This document shows, one piece after another, positions 18,079 through 28,231 of a DNA stretch of 54,530 nucleotides. A program made the translations under genes and the position numbers. The first letter of the stretch is position 1; the number at the start of each line of letters is the position of its first letter. Origin of the DNA: Faecousia sp. (GTDB taxonomy: Bacteria; Bacillota; Clostridia; Oscillospirales; Oscillospiraceae); assembly GCA_045592805.1 (NCBI GenBank), contig JAZNVK010000234.1, forward strand, positions 1-54,530, written 5' to 3'. The notes under the pieces are model-generated. The model ran no database searches. It was not told where the DNA came from and was given only the letters and a program-made list of their open reading frames with translations.

Positions 18079-20133
18079 GTGTTTTTGTTCAAAAAACACA
18101 GCATTCGCTCTATTGCCGAGAACACCTGGAATAAGAATAATGCGAAATACCTTGTAGAATTCTCCGTTGTTTCGCTTTTGATAAATTTTCTCATTGAACT
18201 GTTTTCCAGAAGATCCCTGGTCAGCGCTATAAGTTTTCTGATCCACGACCCGATCCTCTTTTTCCTCGGATCTCTGATCATTCTGTTTACCTTATCTTTT
18301 TCTCTTTTGTCCAAGAAAAGAGGCTTCTGGTTTTTCTTTATCGCCCTGGTATGGATCGGTATTGGTATTGCCGATTTTGTCCAGAGAAGCTACCGCTCTA
18401 TGCCGATTACCGCCAGCGATATTTTCCTTATGTCCTCCGTGAAGGATATTTTTGAACTCTATATGAGTCATTTTCAGCTTGTGCTGATCATGCTTGGCAT
18501 CTCGGTTCTTCTTGGCGCTCTTGTCTTTGTGTGGCTCCTGGTCAAAAAGCACCGTTCTGTTTTGCTTTTTGGAATCAGTACGATCCTGTTTTTAGGGGCG
18601 GTATTGAGCGTGAGCATTTTCCTGATGCTGCGGAGCGGTGCCCTGGATGATACTTCCGATTTTCACAGTCTGCCCAGAGCCTACAAAAAGAACGGTTTTG
18701 TCTATTGCTTCAGCGCCAGCCTTGTGACACGGGGCGTTGATGAACCTGAGGATTACTCATCCGAGAGAGTAGAGGATGTGCTGGAGGAAGCGGATGAAGA
18801 GCTTCCTGAAACAGCCGAAAACACGCCGAATATTATATTTGTCCAGCTGGAATCCTTCTTCGATCCTAAATATATGAAGGACATTTCTCTGGAATATGAT
18901 CCCGTTCCCAACTTTACTTATCTGAAAGAGCATTATTCCTCCGGCTTGCTTAGCGTCCCTGCCATCGGCGCAGGAACTGCCAATACAGAGTTCGAGGTTC
19001 TCAGCGGTATGAACTTAAGCCATTTCGGAGTAGGCGAATACCCATATATGACAATTGTTGACTCCGCTTCCTCGGAATCCGTCTGTCGTGCGCTGAGCTC
19101 GATCGGTTACGCTACACATGCCATTCATAATAACAATGCCACGTTCTATGACCGACATATCGTTTATGATAATCTCGGCTTCCATACCTACACCTCTCTG
19201 GAATACATGGACAATGTGGAATATAATCCCAGAGGTTGGTGCGATGACAGCGTGCTTACAGAGGAAATCGCGAAGTGCCTGAACTCTACAGAGGATAAGG
19301 ATCTTGTGTTTGCGGTATCTGTACAGCCCCACGGAAAGTACCCCACCGAAGCGCTGGACGGTGTGCCGGTAATTGATGTTCAGGGCATGGAGGATGAGGG
19401 TCGTGAGAACGGCTTTGAGTATTTTCTCTATCAGCTGTATCAATGCGATGCTTTCCTCATGGAACTGATCACCTGTCTTGAAGCTTACGACGAGCCCGTA
19501 GCCCTTGTGCTTTACGGCGACCATTTGCCCAGCTTTAATATTGAAGACAGCGAGCTCTCCTACGGCGATAGCCAGACGACGGAATATGTTATCTGGACCA
19601 ACTATCAGACACCCAGGCAGCAGAAGGATCTGCAGACCTATCAGCTGTCTGCCTATGTGCTGTCCTATTGCGGCATCTATGAGGGAGAGATTTTCCGTCT
19701 GCACCAGAGCTATGCATTTTCTTCCGATGACGATGAAGCCTATCAAGCCGATCTGCAGCTCTTGGAGTACGATATTGTTGCCGGAGAAGGCTTCTATGAT
19801 GAAGATCAACCAGACGAAACACCCGATCCCATGCGCTTTGATGTAGAGGATATCTCTATTACGGAGCTTTCCTTCGATACAGAGCAGGGGAGTTGCGCTG
19901 TTTACGGGCAGCATTTCACGGCCTACAGCGTGGTATACATCAATGATGTTCTCTATGACACGGAGTATATTTCTCCGCAGCAGCTCATCATTTATGGATA
20001 CGATCCCGCCATCGGAGATCAAATCACGGTTGCACAGATTTCTGCTTCCTCTGAATTTGAGATTCTCGGTGTCTGTGAGCCCTTTACCCTTAATCTTCTT
20101 CCGGAAGCTGCTGAATCGACGCTTCCCGAATAA
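18079..20133 (+). CDS. LTA synthase family protein (LtaS-like sulfatase fold)
   Basis: N-terminal TM helices; PNIIFVQLESFFDP, GAGTANTEFEVL.G, HGKY, YGDHLP. Confidence 0.92.
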   Translation: MFLFKKHSIRSIAENTWNKNNAKYLVEFSVVSLLINFLIELFSRRSLVSAISFLIHDPILFFLGSLIILFTLSFSLLSKKRGFWFFFIALVWIGIGIADFVQRSYRSMPITASDIFLMSSVKDIFELYMSHFQLVLIMLGISVLLGALVFVWLLVKKHRSVLLFGISTILFLGAVLSVSIFLMLRSGALDDTSDFHSLPRAYKKNGFVYCFSASLVTRGVDEPEDYSSERVEDVLEEADEELPETAENTPNIIFVQLESFFDPKYMKDISLEYDPVPNFTYLKEHYSSGLLSVPAIGAGTANTEFEVLSGMNLSHFGVGEYPYMTIVDSASSESVCRALSSIGYATHAIHNNNATFYDRHIVYDNLGFHTYTSLEYMDNVEYNPRGWCDDSVLTEEIAKCLNSTEDKDLVFAVSVQPHGKYPTEALDGVPVIDVQGMEDEGRENGFEYFLYQLYQCDAFLMELITCLEAYDEPVALVLYGDHLPSFNIEDSELSYGDSQTTEYVIWTNYQTPRQQKDLQTYQLSAYVLSYCGIYEGEIFRLHQSYAFSSDDDEAYQADLQLLEYDIVAGEGFYDEDQPDETPDPMRFDVEDISITELSFDTEQGSCAVYGQHFTAYSVVYINDVLYDTEYISPQQLIIYGYDPAIGDQITVAQISASSEFEILGVCEPFTLNLLPEAAESTLPE

Positions 20134-20189
20134 GACAGGGAATATCATTCCATATATGTTTATTAATTTCACTTTGTGAGGATACGATC

Positions 20190-21356
20190 ATGCAAGAAAT
20201 GAGCAGAAAAACGAGGCATTTCACGGATTCGGTCATTCGCAGAATGACCAGAATCGCAATTGAACATAATGCCATTAATCTGGCACAGGGATTTCCTGAC
20301 TTTGATCCCCCCAAAGCGATCCTGGATCGCCTGGAGGAGATCAGTGCCATTGGCCCTCATCAGTATCCCATCACCATGGGCGCGCCTAATTTTCGCCGTG
20401 CTTTAGCAAAGAAATGCGGCCGTTTCATGGGAAGAACCATCGACCCCGAGCAGGAGGTTGTGGTCACCATCGGCTCCACCGAAGCTATGGTAGATACCAT
20501 TTTCGCCCTGACCAATCCCGGCGATAAGATCATTATGTTCTCCCCCTATTTTGAAAATTATCGTGCGCAGGCGATCTTTGCCGATTGTGAACCCATCTTT
20601 GTGCCTCTGATCCCCCCCACCTTCCACTATGACGCCAATGTGCTGGAGGATGCTTTTAAGCAGGGGGCAAAAGCGATCCTGATCTGCAATCCCTCCAACC
20701 CCAGCGGTAAGGTTTTCACCCGTGCTGAATTGGAGCAAATTGCTGCACTGGCTATTAAGTATGATACTTACGTGATCATGGACGAGGTCTATGAGCATAT
20801 TGTCTATGCGCCTCATCAGCATATCTATATGAACAGCCTTCCCGGTATGTGGGAGCGAACTGTCTCCTGCAGCTCTCTGTCCAAAACCTATTCCATCACC
20901 GGCTGGCGACTTGGGTACGCCATTGCGCCCAAGGAGATCATGGATAAGATCAAGCAGTATCACGACTTTAATACCGTGGGCGCAGCCTCTCCCTTAATGG
21001 AAGCAGCTGTGGTCGGTCTGGAGATGCCCGATGGTTACTACGAGGAGTTCGGGGCGCACTATGCCCATATGAAGCAGCTGTTTACCCAGGGTCTGGATTC
21101 CATCGGCATTGAGTATACCGATCCCCAGGGTGCCTACTTTGTCCTTGCCAATATCCGTCAGTTCCTGAAAAAGGGTCAGACAGATGTGGACTTTTGTGAG
21201 CAAATGGCAGCAAAGGTCGGAGTTGCAGTTGTCCCCGGAACCTCCTTCTTCATGGAGGATGTGCAGGATATCGTCCGTATGCACTTCGCTAAAAAAGATG
21301 AGACGCTTTACGAGGCGCTGAACCGTTTGTCTGACATCAAGTCCAAGCTCGGCTAA
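20190..21356 (+). CDS. PLP-dependent class I/II aminotransferase
   Basis: AINLAQGFPDF, NPSNPSGKV, DEVYEH, SLSKTYSITGWRLGY. Confidence 0.93.
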   Translation: MQEMSRKTRHFTDSVIRRMTRIAIEHNAINLAQGFPDFDPPKAILDRLEEISAIGPHQYPITMGAPNFRRALAKKCGRFMGRTIDPEQEVVVTIGSTEAMVDTIFALTNPGDKIIMFSPYFENYRAQAIFADCEPIFVPLIPPTFHYDANVLEDAFKQGAKAILICNPSNPSGKVFTRAELEQIAALAIKYDTYVIMDEVYEHIVYAPHQHIYMNSLPGMWERTVSCSSLSKTYSITGWRLGYAIAPKEIMDKIKQYHDFNTVGAASPLMEAAVVGLEMPDGYYEEFGAHYAHMKQLFTQGLDSIGIEYTDPQGAYFVLANIRQFLKKGQTDVDFCEQMAAKVGVAVVPGTSFFMEDVQDIVRMHFAKKDETLYEALNRLSDIKSKLG

Positions 21357-21360
21357 AATT

Positions 21361-21387
21361 AAAAGGCTCGGAAATCGGGCCTTTTTT
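21361..21387 (+). terminator. Rho-independent terminator
   Basis: aaaaggctcg-gaaat-cgggcctttttt. Confidence 0.7.
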
Positions 21388-21429
21388 CCATAATTATTGA
21401 AATTTTGTATTTCTTTTTGTATTGTGCTG

Positions 21430-21438
21430 TGCTATAAT
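21430..21438 (+). promoter_or_regulatory. Extended -10 promoter element upstream of glnA
   Basis: TGcTATAAT about 60 nt before the ATG. Confidence 0.45.
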
Positions 21439-21497
21439 AAACAAAGTTTTTGATTACAGCAAGTAATTCATATATTGAATTTTAGGAGGCATACCTC

Positions 21498-22922
21498 ATG
21501 AGCAAAACCGTGCAGGATATTCTGCAGCTGATTAAGGAAAAGAGTATTAAGATGGTGGACTTTAAGATGGTTGACATCAACGGTCAGTTCCGCCATGTGA
21601 CGATTCCTGTCCAGAATTTTACCGAGAGTACCATCAAGAACGGCATCGGCTTCGACGCTTCCAACTATGGTTATGCCGTAGTCGAAAAGAGCGACATGGT
21701 CTTCATTCCCGATTTGGACTCTGCCATTGTGGATCCCTTCTGCGAGATTCCCACCCTGTCCATGACCGGTAACGCCATGATCATCGACAATCCCGAGAAT
21801 CGCCCCTTGCCCCATTACCCCAGAAACATCGCCAAAGCCGCCGAGAAATATATGCAGGACAGCGGCATTGCCGATACCATGCTGATCCTGCCCGAATTTG
21901 AGTTCTATCTCTTTGACCAGGTTGGATGGAAGGTTGCTCCCGATCAGATCGCCATGCGTCTGGATGTCAACCAGGGTCACTGGAATTCTGATGTAGAGGG
22001 AACCGGCTGCATCGTTCCCAAGCAGAAGGCCTATCACATCGCCAAGCCCTTTGACGCCAGCTACGAGTGCCGCAGTGAGATGTGCATGCTGATGGAAGAG
22101 ATGGGCATTCCCATTAAGTACCATCATCCCGAGGTGGGCGCTGCCGGTCAGTTCGAGATTGAGCCCATGCTGGGTCAGATGTCCAAGCTGGCAGACGATA
22201 CCATGATGATCAAGTACATTATCCACAATGTGGCAATGAAGTACGGTAAGGTTGCCACCTTTATGCCCAAGCCCGTTTACGGCGAGGCAGGCAGCGGTAT
22301 GCACGTGCATATGCTCCTTCTCAAGGACGGCGAGCCTCTGTTCTCTGATGACAACGGCTATTCCAACCTCAGTGAAACTGCCCACTACTTTATGGGTGGC
22401 CTCCTGAAGCACATTGCCTCTCTCTGCGCCATTACCAACCCCAGCACCAACTCCTTCAAGCGTCTGGTACCCGGTTTTGAAGCTCCTGTTACCGTAGGCT
22501 ATGCCACTTCTAACCGTTCTGCTGTTATCCGCATTCCCGCCTATGCCAAGAGCCCCAAGCTCCGCCGCTTTGAGCTGCGCAACCCCGACGCAACCTGCAA
22601 TCCCTATTTCTGCTACGCAGCGATTCTTATGGCAGGTCTGGATGGCATCAAGAACAAGATCGATCCTCATGCCAACGGTTGGGGTCCTTTTGATTGCAAT
22701 CTCTTCAACCTTCCCGAAGAGGAGAAGGCCAAGCTGAAGGGTCTGCCCACCTCTCTGGAGGCTGCTCTGGATGCGCTGGAAGAAGATCACGACTATCTGA
22801 CCGCCGGCGGTGTATTCCCCGAAGAGCTTCTCAAGAGCTTCATCGCACGGAAGCGCGCAGAGTGCAGCGAGATCTCCAAGATTCCTCATCCCGCTGAATT
22901 CGACCGCTATTTTAATCTCTAA
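21498..22922 (+). CDS. glnA: Type I glutamine synthetase
   Basis: FDAS, PE.EFYLF, HHPEVG..GQ.EI, ATFMPKP..G..GSGMHVH, NSFKRLVPGFEAP, NRSA.IRIP, RFELR.PD. Confidence 0.96.
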   Translation: MSKTVQDILQLIKEKSIKMVDFKMVDINGQFRHVTIPVQNFTESTIKNGIGFDASNYGYAVVEKSDMVFIPDLDSAIVDPFCEIPTLSMTGNAMIIDNPENRPLPHYPRNIAKAAEKYMQDSGIADTMLILPEFEFYLFDQVGWKVAPDQIAMRLDVNQGHWNSDVEGTGCIVPKQKAYHIAKPFDASYECRSEMCMLMEEMGIPIKYHHPEVGAAGQFEIEPMLGQMSKLADDTMMIKYIIHNVAMKYGKVATFMPKPVYGEAGSGMHVHMLLLKDGEPLFSDDNGYSNLSETAHYFMGGLLKHIASLCAITNPSTNSFKRLVPGFEAPVTVGYATSNRSAVIRIPAYAKSPKLRRFELRNPDATCNPYFCYAAILMAGLDGIKNKIDPHANGWGPFDCNLFNLPEEEKAKLKGLPTSLEAALDALEEDHDYLTAGGVFPEELLKSFIARKRAECSEISKIPHPAEFDRYFNL

Positions 22923-22932
22923 TATAATTGTC

Positions 22933-22969
22933 GCAGCGGATCCGCTCAAAACGGATCCGCTGCTTTTTT
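22933..22969 (+). terminator. Terminator between convergent glnA and ssp
   Basis: gcagcggatccg-ctcaaaa-cggatccgctgc followed by tttttt. Confidence 0.85.
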
Positions 22970-22971
22970 CT

Positions 22972-23163
22972 TTACTTCAGGTTGTTCTCGTAAGCCTCAA
23001 CCATCTTCTTAACCATCTGGCCGCCAATAGAGCCGGCCTCACGGCTGGTCAGATGACCGTTGTAGCCGTTGGTCAGGTTGACACCAACCTCGGATGCAGC
23101 CTGCATCTTGAACTGATCCATAGCAGCACGAGCTTCGGGAACGTTGATCTGATTGTTCTTCAT
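22972..23163 (-). CDS. Alpha/beta-type small acid-soluble spore protein
   Basis: VPEARAAMDQFKM.AASEVGV, LTSREAGSIGGQMVKKM; ATG at 23163 after AAGGAG. Confidence 0.95.
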   Translation of the reverse strand: MKNNQINVPEARAAMDQFKMQAASEVGVNLTNGYNGHLTSREAGSIGGQMVKKMVEAYENNLK

Positions 23164-23335
23164 TGTTTTCCATCTCCTTTTTGTCGATTGCGGCAATCAA
23201 ATGTAGAATTTGTTTACCACGCTCGTAGTTTCTCCCGATAAATATAGATTATCTATGACAAATTTTTCTGTGATATAAAAGAATTTTCCTCCCGATGGGA
23301 TCTATGGAAATAGAACCACCGAAAGGAGATTTTTT

Positions 23336-24601
23336 ATGAAACGATTTCTATGTGCCTTGTTATTGGTGCCGGTGCTTGCAGGCTGTACCTCAGAAGGTCG
23401 GGTTCCGGAGTATACGCTTCCTGTACCGGAGACAACGGAAGCACCCTCAACAGAGCCCTCTGTATCGGAGTCTGTGGAGCAACCTGTTGAATGGAGGGAG
23501 TACGCCACTTATCCCGTCCGTCATCCGTCTGACAATGTGGAAGGGAACAAGTATTATTATCCTGACTCCGCCAGAGTATGCTACTATGACTTTGACCTGA
23601 TGCTCTCTGTCACCCTGTGCTCGCAGCCCAATTGTAAGCATAATGACGAGAGCTGCAACGCCTTTATTGCGCCGAAAACCATGGAGACAGAAGTGAAGTA
23701 CATTGTGAGAGATGGCCTCGTCTATGCCTTTTACAGTGAGGGCGCAGGGAATTCTGTCAAGCTGATCACTTTGGATCCCATGACCGGAGAGCGGCAGACC
23801 CTGATGAAATATGATGCGGGAGAGCGATATATCAAGTATCTGAATTTTACCGTTGACGGTGATGTGATTTATTACCAATACACCGAATACGGCATCAAAG
23901 ATAACGGCACTTATGAACGTGAAACAATCCGCTGCTATGTCTACGACATTCCTTCCGGCCAAAGTCAGTTGATCCAGGAATCTGTGATGCCGGAAATTGC
24001 CGGGATCGGCTTTTATTCCGGCGGACTCACAATGTTCGTATGCACCGAGAATTATTATCTTTACGAGAAGACAGAACCCTGGGCGACATTACCGATGTCC
24101 ATCGAGGAATACGTTGCTCAGGGTAACGATATGGAAAGCTATTACGAGTACTGCATGACCTTTGCGCCGGAAAGTGCGCGCTATATTGTAAATCGCAAAA
24201 CGGGAGAAGAACGCTTTTTCGCTGACAGTTCGGAAAATCTTAGAATTCAGGATATGTACAGCGCCTATTGCGATAAGAAGATGTCCTTTGTCCGTGACGA
24301 CACCTTCTATATCTATGACGGCAGGACCGGAGAGATCACAGAGCTGTTCCATGCGGAAAATGTTGGCTATCAGGCTCTTGCCGATGGACGGATCATCTAT
24401 AACACTTACAGCGAAGGTGAGAACGGAGAAACACTCTGGACAGATCATTGGTATGATCTGTCCACAGGAGAACACGTGATCCATCCTACTAACCATATCG
24501 CCGTCATGCAGGAAACTGAGACACATTTCATCACGACGATGAACACAATCATATCAAAGCAGGATTACTATAACGGATGTATCGACAACACTTTCCGTTG
24601 A
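23336..24601 (+). CDS. Hypothetical lipoprotein (Tyr-rich, possibly beta-propeller)
   Basis: Lipobox LAGC; LCSQPNCKH...CNA motif; AAGGAG RBS. Confidence 0.7.
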   Translation: MKRFLCALLLVPVLAGCTSEGRVPEYTLPVPETTEAPSTEPSVSESVEQPVEWREYATYPVRHPSDNVEGNKYYYPDSARVCYYDFDLMLSVTLCSQPNCKHNDESCNAFIAPKTMETEVKYIVRDGLVYAFYSEGAGNSVKLITLDPMTGERQTLMKYDAGERYIKYLNFTVDGDVIYYQYTEYGIKDNGTYERETIRCYVYDIPSGQSQLIQESVMPEIAGIGFYSGGLTMFVCTENYYLYEKTEPWATLPMSIEEYVAQGNDMESYYEYCMTFAPESARYIVNRKTGEERFFADSSENLRIQDMYSAYCDKKMSFVRDDTFYIYDGRTGEITELFHAENVGYQALADGRIIYNTYSEGENGETLWTDHWYDLSTGEHVIHPTNHIAVMQETETHFITTMNTIISKQDYYNGCIDNTFR

Positions 24602-24611
24602 GGATAGAACT

Positions 24612-25469
24612 ATGGAACTGAAATTTCAAAATCTGAGTAAGAATTATGGGAAGCTCGAAGCACTAAAGGGGGTCAGCTTTACCCTGACCAATGGGGTACA
24701 CGGTCTATTAGGGCCAAACGGAGCAGGGAAGAGTACCTTAATGAATATCCTCAGCGGAAATCTGGGAGCAAGCGGTGGGAAGATCCTGTACAACGGAACA
24801 GACATTCTGAAATTAGGGGATGAATTTCGCAAGGACTTAGGCTACATGCCACAGCAGCAGGCATTGTATCCTGATTTTACCGCCGCACGCTTTTTGAGCT
24901 ATATGGCAAGTCTTCGTGGGATGAGTAAGGCTGCAGCGAGAGAAGCTGTTCCCAGAGTCCTGCAGCAGGTCGGTTTGACCGATGCAGCCAACCGAAGAAT
25001 CAAAGGCTTCTCCGGCGGCATGAAACAGCGGCTCCTCATCGCTCAGGCTATACTGAATGACCCAAAGGTGCTGATTTTGGATGAACCTACAGCAGGTCTG
25101 GATCCTAAACAGCGTATTGCTATTCGCAATCTGATCTCCTCTATATCCGAGAATAAGATCGTTCTGATCTCCACCCACGTGGTTGCGGATATTGCCTGCA
25201 TTGCCAAGGATCTTTTGATCCTGAAAGAGGGGAGTCTATTACGCCACAGCAGCCCTGCCCAGCTGTTGAGCGAGATGCAGGGCAAGGTTTGGGAGCGGAA
25301 TATTTTACCCCATCAGGTGGACGAATACCGGTTGAAATACCGCATATCCAACGTCTCCTTTGCGCCGGAAGGCTTTTGTATCAGAATTCTCTCAGAGCAT
25401 GACGTTGAAAGCGGTAATCCGGTACGCCCAAATTTGGAAGACGTATATTTGAACTACTTTGAGGAATAA
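24612..25469 (+). CDS. ABC transporter ATP-binding protein (exporter type)
   Basis: GPNGAGKST, FSGGMKQR, ILDEPTAGLDP, STH. Confidence 0.95.
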   Translation: MELKFQNLSKNYGKLEALKGVSFTLTNGVHGLLGPNGAGKSTLMNILSGNLGASGGKILYNGTDILKLGDEFRKDLGYMPQQQALYPDFTAARFLSYMASLRGMSKAAAREAVPRVLQQVGLTDAANRRIKGFSGGMKQRLLIAQAILNDPKVLILDEPTAGLDPKQRIAIRNLISSISENKIVLISTHVVADIACIAKDLLILKEGSLLRHSSPAQLLSEMQGKVWERNILPHQVDEYRLKYRISNVSFAPEGFCIRILSEHDVESGNPVRPNLEDVYLNYFEE

Positions 25470-25472
25470 CCC

Positions 25473-27557
25473 ATGGTATTATACGAAATCAGAAAGCTCT
25501 TTCAGAAGCGCCTGACCGTCTTAATCTTTTTGCTCCTCTTCCTTGGAAACGGATTCTTTGCATATAACCGGGAGGCGCCCGGAGGGGACTACGGCTTTGG
25601 TGCGGCGGAAATTCGCAGTGTTTACGCCGCCTTACCACAGGATCGTTCGATGATTCTTCCTACTTTAGATGCGCAATTGGAGTGCCTGGATGAAGCGGCC
25701 TGGAAAGACAGCTACGACGGTCAAACTCTGACTAGGGACTTTTATACAGATCGGATCTTGCTCAGAAGGGTAAGAGAGCGCTGTGAAATCGTTCTGAACT
25801 ATGACTCCTACTTAGACTCCGTAGAACAAAACGCACGGGTTCTGCAGCATTCCGGTATTTACGAAGACAAAACCAGCTTTGGCTATCGGAATATCCAAAA
25901 AAGCGCTGAGACCTATGCCTCACTCCGTGGTACAGTACCGCAGATTTTCTATTCCGCAGCAATTGAAACCCTTTCTAACGGGAGATTAAGCGATATCGCT
26001 TTGGTGATGATTGCGCTGCTTTTAGCTTTGGAATTGATCTACTCTGAACGCAAGCAGGACACCCTGTCTCTGATCAAACCCACAACGAAAGGCCGTGCTT
26101 CACTGATCTGCTCAAAACTGCTCTGTGCATCTCTTATTCTTTTTCTCTGCCTTCTGATCATTTATGGGATAAATTACGCAATCGGCACCTTCCGCTACGG
26201 CACCGTTCCCCTGGGCGCGCCGCTGCAAAGTGTATATGGCTTTGAGGACAGCGCCCTGAAGATCTCTGTCGGAGGATACTTGCTTCGCTTTCTTGCCATG
26301 AAGTATCTCTGGCTTATGGGAAACTGCGTTATTATGATGCTGGTTTTTGTAGCCTGCAGAAATCTGATGCGGATGATATCCGTCCTCTGTATTTATCTCA
26401 TTCCATCACTGTTATGCCTGCAGACAAACGGCTTACTTGCTTTTTTTAATCCCATCGGAGCCGGTGACACAGAGGCATTTTTCCGCACTTATCGCAACCT
26501 GAATATATTCGGTTTCCCTGTCAGCACATTGACGGTATCTCTTTTTTACGTGGTTGTTTCACTTGTACTTGGAGTACTTTTTATATTTATACTCCACTGT
26601 CGCTGCGTACCTATGCTGTCCTACCGCGGGACTCAGCGCAGAAACAGAAAGCCCCGTATTCCGGTATCCATCCTCCGGCACGAGAGCCATAAATTCTGGA
26701 TTTCCCGAGGCGCATTAATGTTGCTGATTCTGTTATTGGCTCTGCAGGCAGTTCAGGCAGTGCAATTTGATGAACGCCTCGCTCCCATCGATCTGCTATA
26801 TTTGAATTACTGCAAAGCGGTAGAGGGTGAACCCAATGCGCAGAAAGATGCCTACCTAAAAGCTGAACAGGCACGCTTTGATGATTTGAGAGTACAATTG
26901 GATGAATTTGGCATGATGCTGCAAGAGGGATCGCTGGATGAGGAGGGCTATCAAATGCTTAGTTATTCCATTCAGCAGCAGCTGACTACAGAGGAGGTCT
27001 TTCTGCGGGTAGTCAGCCAATATGAGCAGGCAAAGCTTCGCAACAGCCATCTGGTTTGCCATCTCTCTTACGATCGTTTGACAGGAAGAAAGGGACGGGG
27101 AGAGCTGCTTCTGCGTGGATTGACATTGATGATCGTGCTAATTCTCGGACTCAGCGGTATGGAAGCTTCTGAGCAGGAAAGCAATATGAATCAGCTGATC
27201 AACACAACCACGGGACGAAAGAAAAGTCAGAACAGCAAGAGTATTTTGCTTCTGATTTACGCCATACTCAGCGCTGTGATTGCCTTCCTTCCGTATCTTA
27301 TGTCTGTTCATCACATTTATGGTTTCAGCGGTTTCTCAAGTCCTGCCAATGCTGTTCCGCAGCTGTTGATTCCTGTCGGAACCGTAGCACTCGTTCTTGC
27401 GATTTATGCTTTCAGTATTGTCTGTATTGCCCTGATCTCGGCATTATGGATTCGCTTTTTGTCACGAAAAACAGGCAGAACCGTCACTGCAGCAATGCTT
27501 TCATCTGCTACACTCTTATTACCCCTTGCCGCGCTTTGGCTTATGCAAGTACTATAA
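25473..27557 (+). CDS. ABC exporter permease with two duplicated halves
   Basis: YE..KL and HE..KF starts of each half, E....M..LI.TT.GR motifs, many TM helices. Confidence 0.75.
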   Translation: MVLYEIRKLFQKRLTVLIFLLLFLGNGFFAYNREAPGGDYGFGAAEIRSVYAALPQDRSMILPTLDAQLECLDEAAWKDSYDGQTLTRDFYTDRILLRRVRERCEIVLNYDSYLDSVEQNARVLQHSGIYEDKTSFGYRNIQKSAETYASLRGTVPQIFYSAAIETLSNGRLSDIALVMIALLLALELIYSERKQDTLSLIKPTTKGRASLICSKLLCASLILFLCLLIIYGINYAIGTFRYGTVPLGAPLQSVYGFEDSALKISVGGYLLRFLAMKYLWLMGNCVIMMLVFVACRNLMRMISVLCIYLIPSLLCLQTNGLLAFFNPIGAGDTEAFFRTYRNLNIFGFPVSTLTVSLFYVVVSLVLGVLFIFILHCRCVPMLSYRGTQRRNRKPRIPVSILRHESHKFWISRGALMLLILLLALQAVQAVQFDERLAPIDLLYLNYCKAVEGEPNAQKDAYLKAEQARFDDLRVQLDEFGMMLQEGSLDEEGYQMLSYSIQQQLTTEEVFLRVVSQYEQAKLRNSHLVCHLSYDRLTGRKGRGELLLRGLTLMIVLILGLSGMEASEQESNMNQLINTTTGRKKSQNSKSILLLIYAILSAVIAFLPYLMSVHHIYGFSGFSSPANAVPQLLIPVGTVALVLAIYAFSIVCIALISALWIRFLSRKTGRTVTAAMLSSATLLLPLAALWLMQVL

Positions 27558-27562
27558 AATGA

Positions 27563-27590
27563 ACCGTCCTCCCGGAAACAGGAGGACGGT
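27563..27590. terminator. Hairpin terminator between convergent genes
   Basis: accgtcctcc-cggaaaca-ggaggacggt. Confidence 0.75.
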
Positions 27591-27594
27591 AGTT

Positions 27595-28221
27595 TTATGC
27601 GCTATGATTCAATTTTCTGAAAATCCGACGGAAAATATAGGCGCTGATCTGGTTCGTGGCAGAAAACCCGATCACAAACCAGAAAGGAATAACATAAAAG
27701 AATGCCGTAATGTTCACCAGAAGAAGGATCACGGGGAGGTAATTGATGGCAATCAACAAAACGCTCTGGGGAAATTTCGCTATACCTAAAGCAACTGCAT
27801 TCTTCAGATTCTTCGCAACGGTATTTTCATAATATGCCTGAATCGGAAAAACAAAGGTCAAGGTGGGCAGGTAGAGGAAAAGGACAATAATAAATACGAT
27901 CTCCACCACATGGATCAGAGAGAATGTGGTCTGGGTAATGATCTGAAAATCAATATAGAGAAAAACCGCAACCCCAAGCATTACGATCCATTCGATGGTC
28001 GCTTTCTTGAAATTGTCCTTAAACGCTTCGAAAAATCGCTTAATAACCGCTCCGGAAAAACCGTTCGCATTGTTCAAAGTGACCTTGTACATAGCAGCAG
28101 TGGCTGCGCCTATGGTCACAACAGGGATGCAACACAGTACATATACCACATTCAGAAGAATCAGCTCACCGATATAAATCAGGGCGCTCATCAACGGCCC
28201 TTCATAGTCAAACAGCTTCAT
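27595..28221 (-). CDS. YesL/DUF624 family membrane protein
   Basis: LN....LCCIPVVTIGAATAAMY, F..FK.NFKKAT; start at ATG 28221 after GAGGAG. Confidence 0.88.
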   Translation of the reverse strand: MKLFDYEGPLMSALIYIGELILLNVVYVLCCIPVVTIGAATAAMYKVTLNNANGFSGAVIKRFFEAFKDNFKKATIEWIVMLGVAVFLYIDFQIITQTTFSLIHVVEIVFIIVLFLYLPTLTFVFPIQAYYENTVAKNLKNAVALGIAKFPQSVLLIAINYLPVILLLVNITAFFYVIPFWFVIGFSATNQISAYIFRRIFRKLNHSA

Positions 28222-28231
28222 TTTTGACTCC

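Noticed and set aside
21388-21497. ANTAR or GlnR regulatory element before glnA
   Set aside because: No convincing twin-hairpin motif or TGTNA-N7-TNACA box was found by eye.
21468-22949. 493-aa ORF antisense to glnA, and similar long antisense ORFs at 13470-14468, 19015-20172, 29525-30598, 30695-31768 and 46760-47953
   Set aside because: Each fully overlaps a well-supported gene on the other strand; expected from codon bias.
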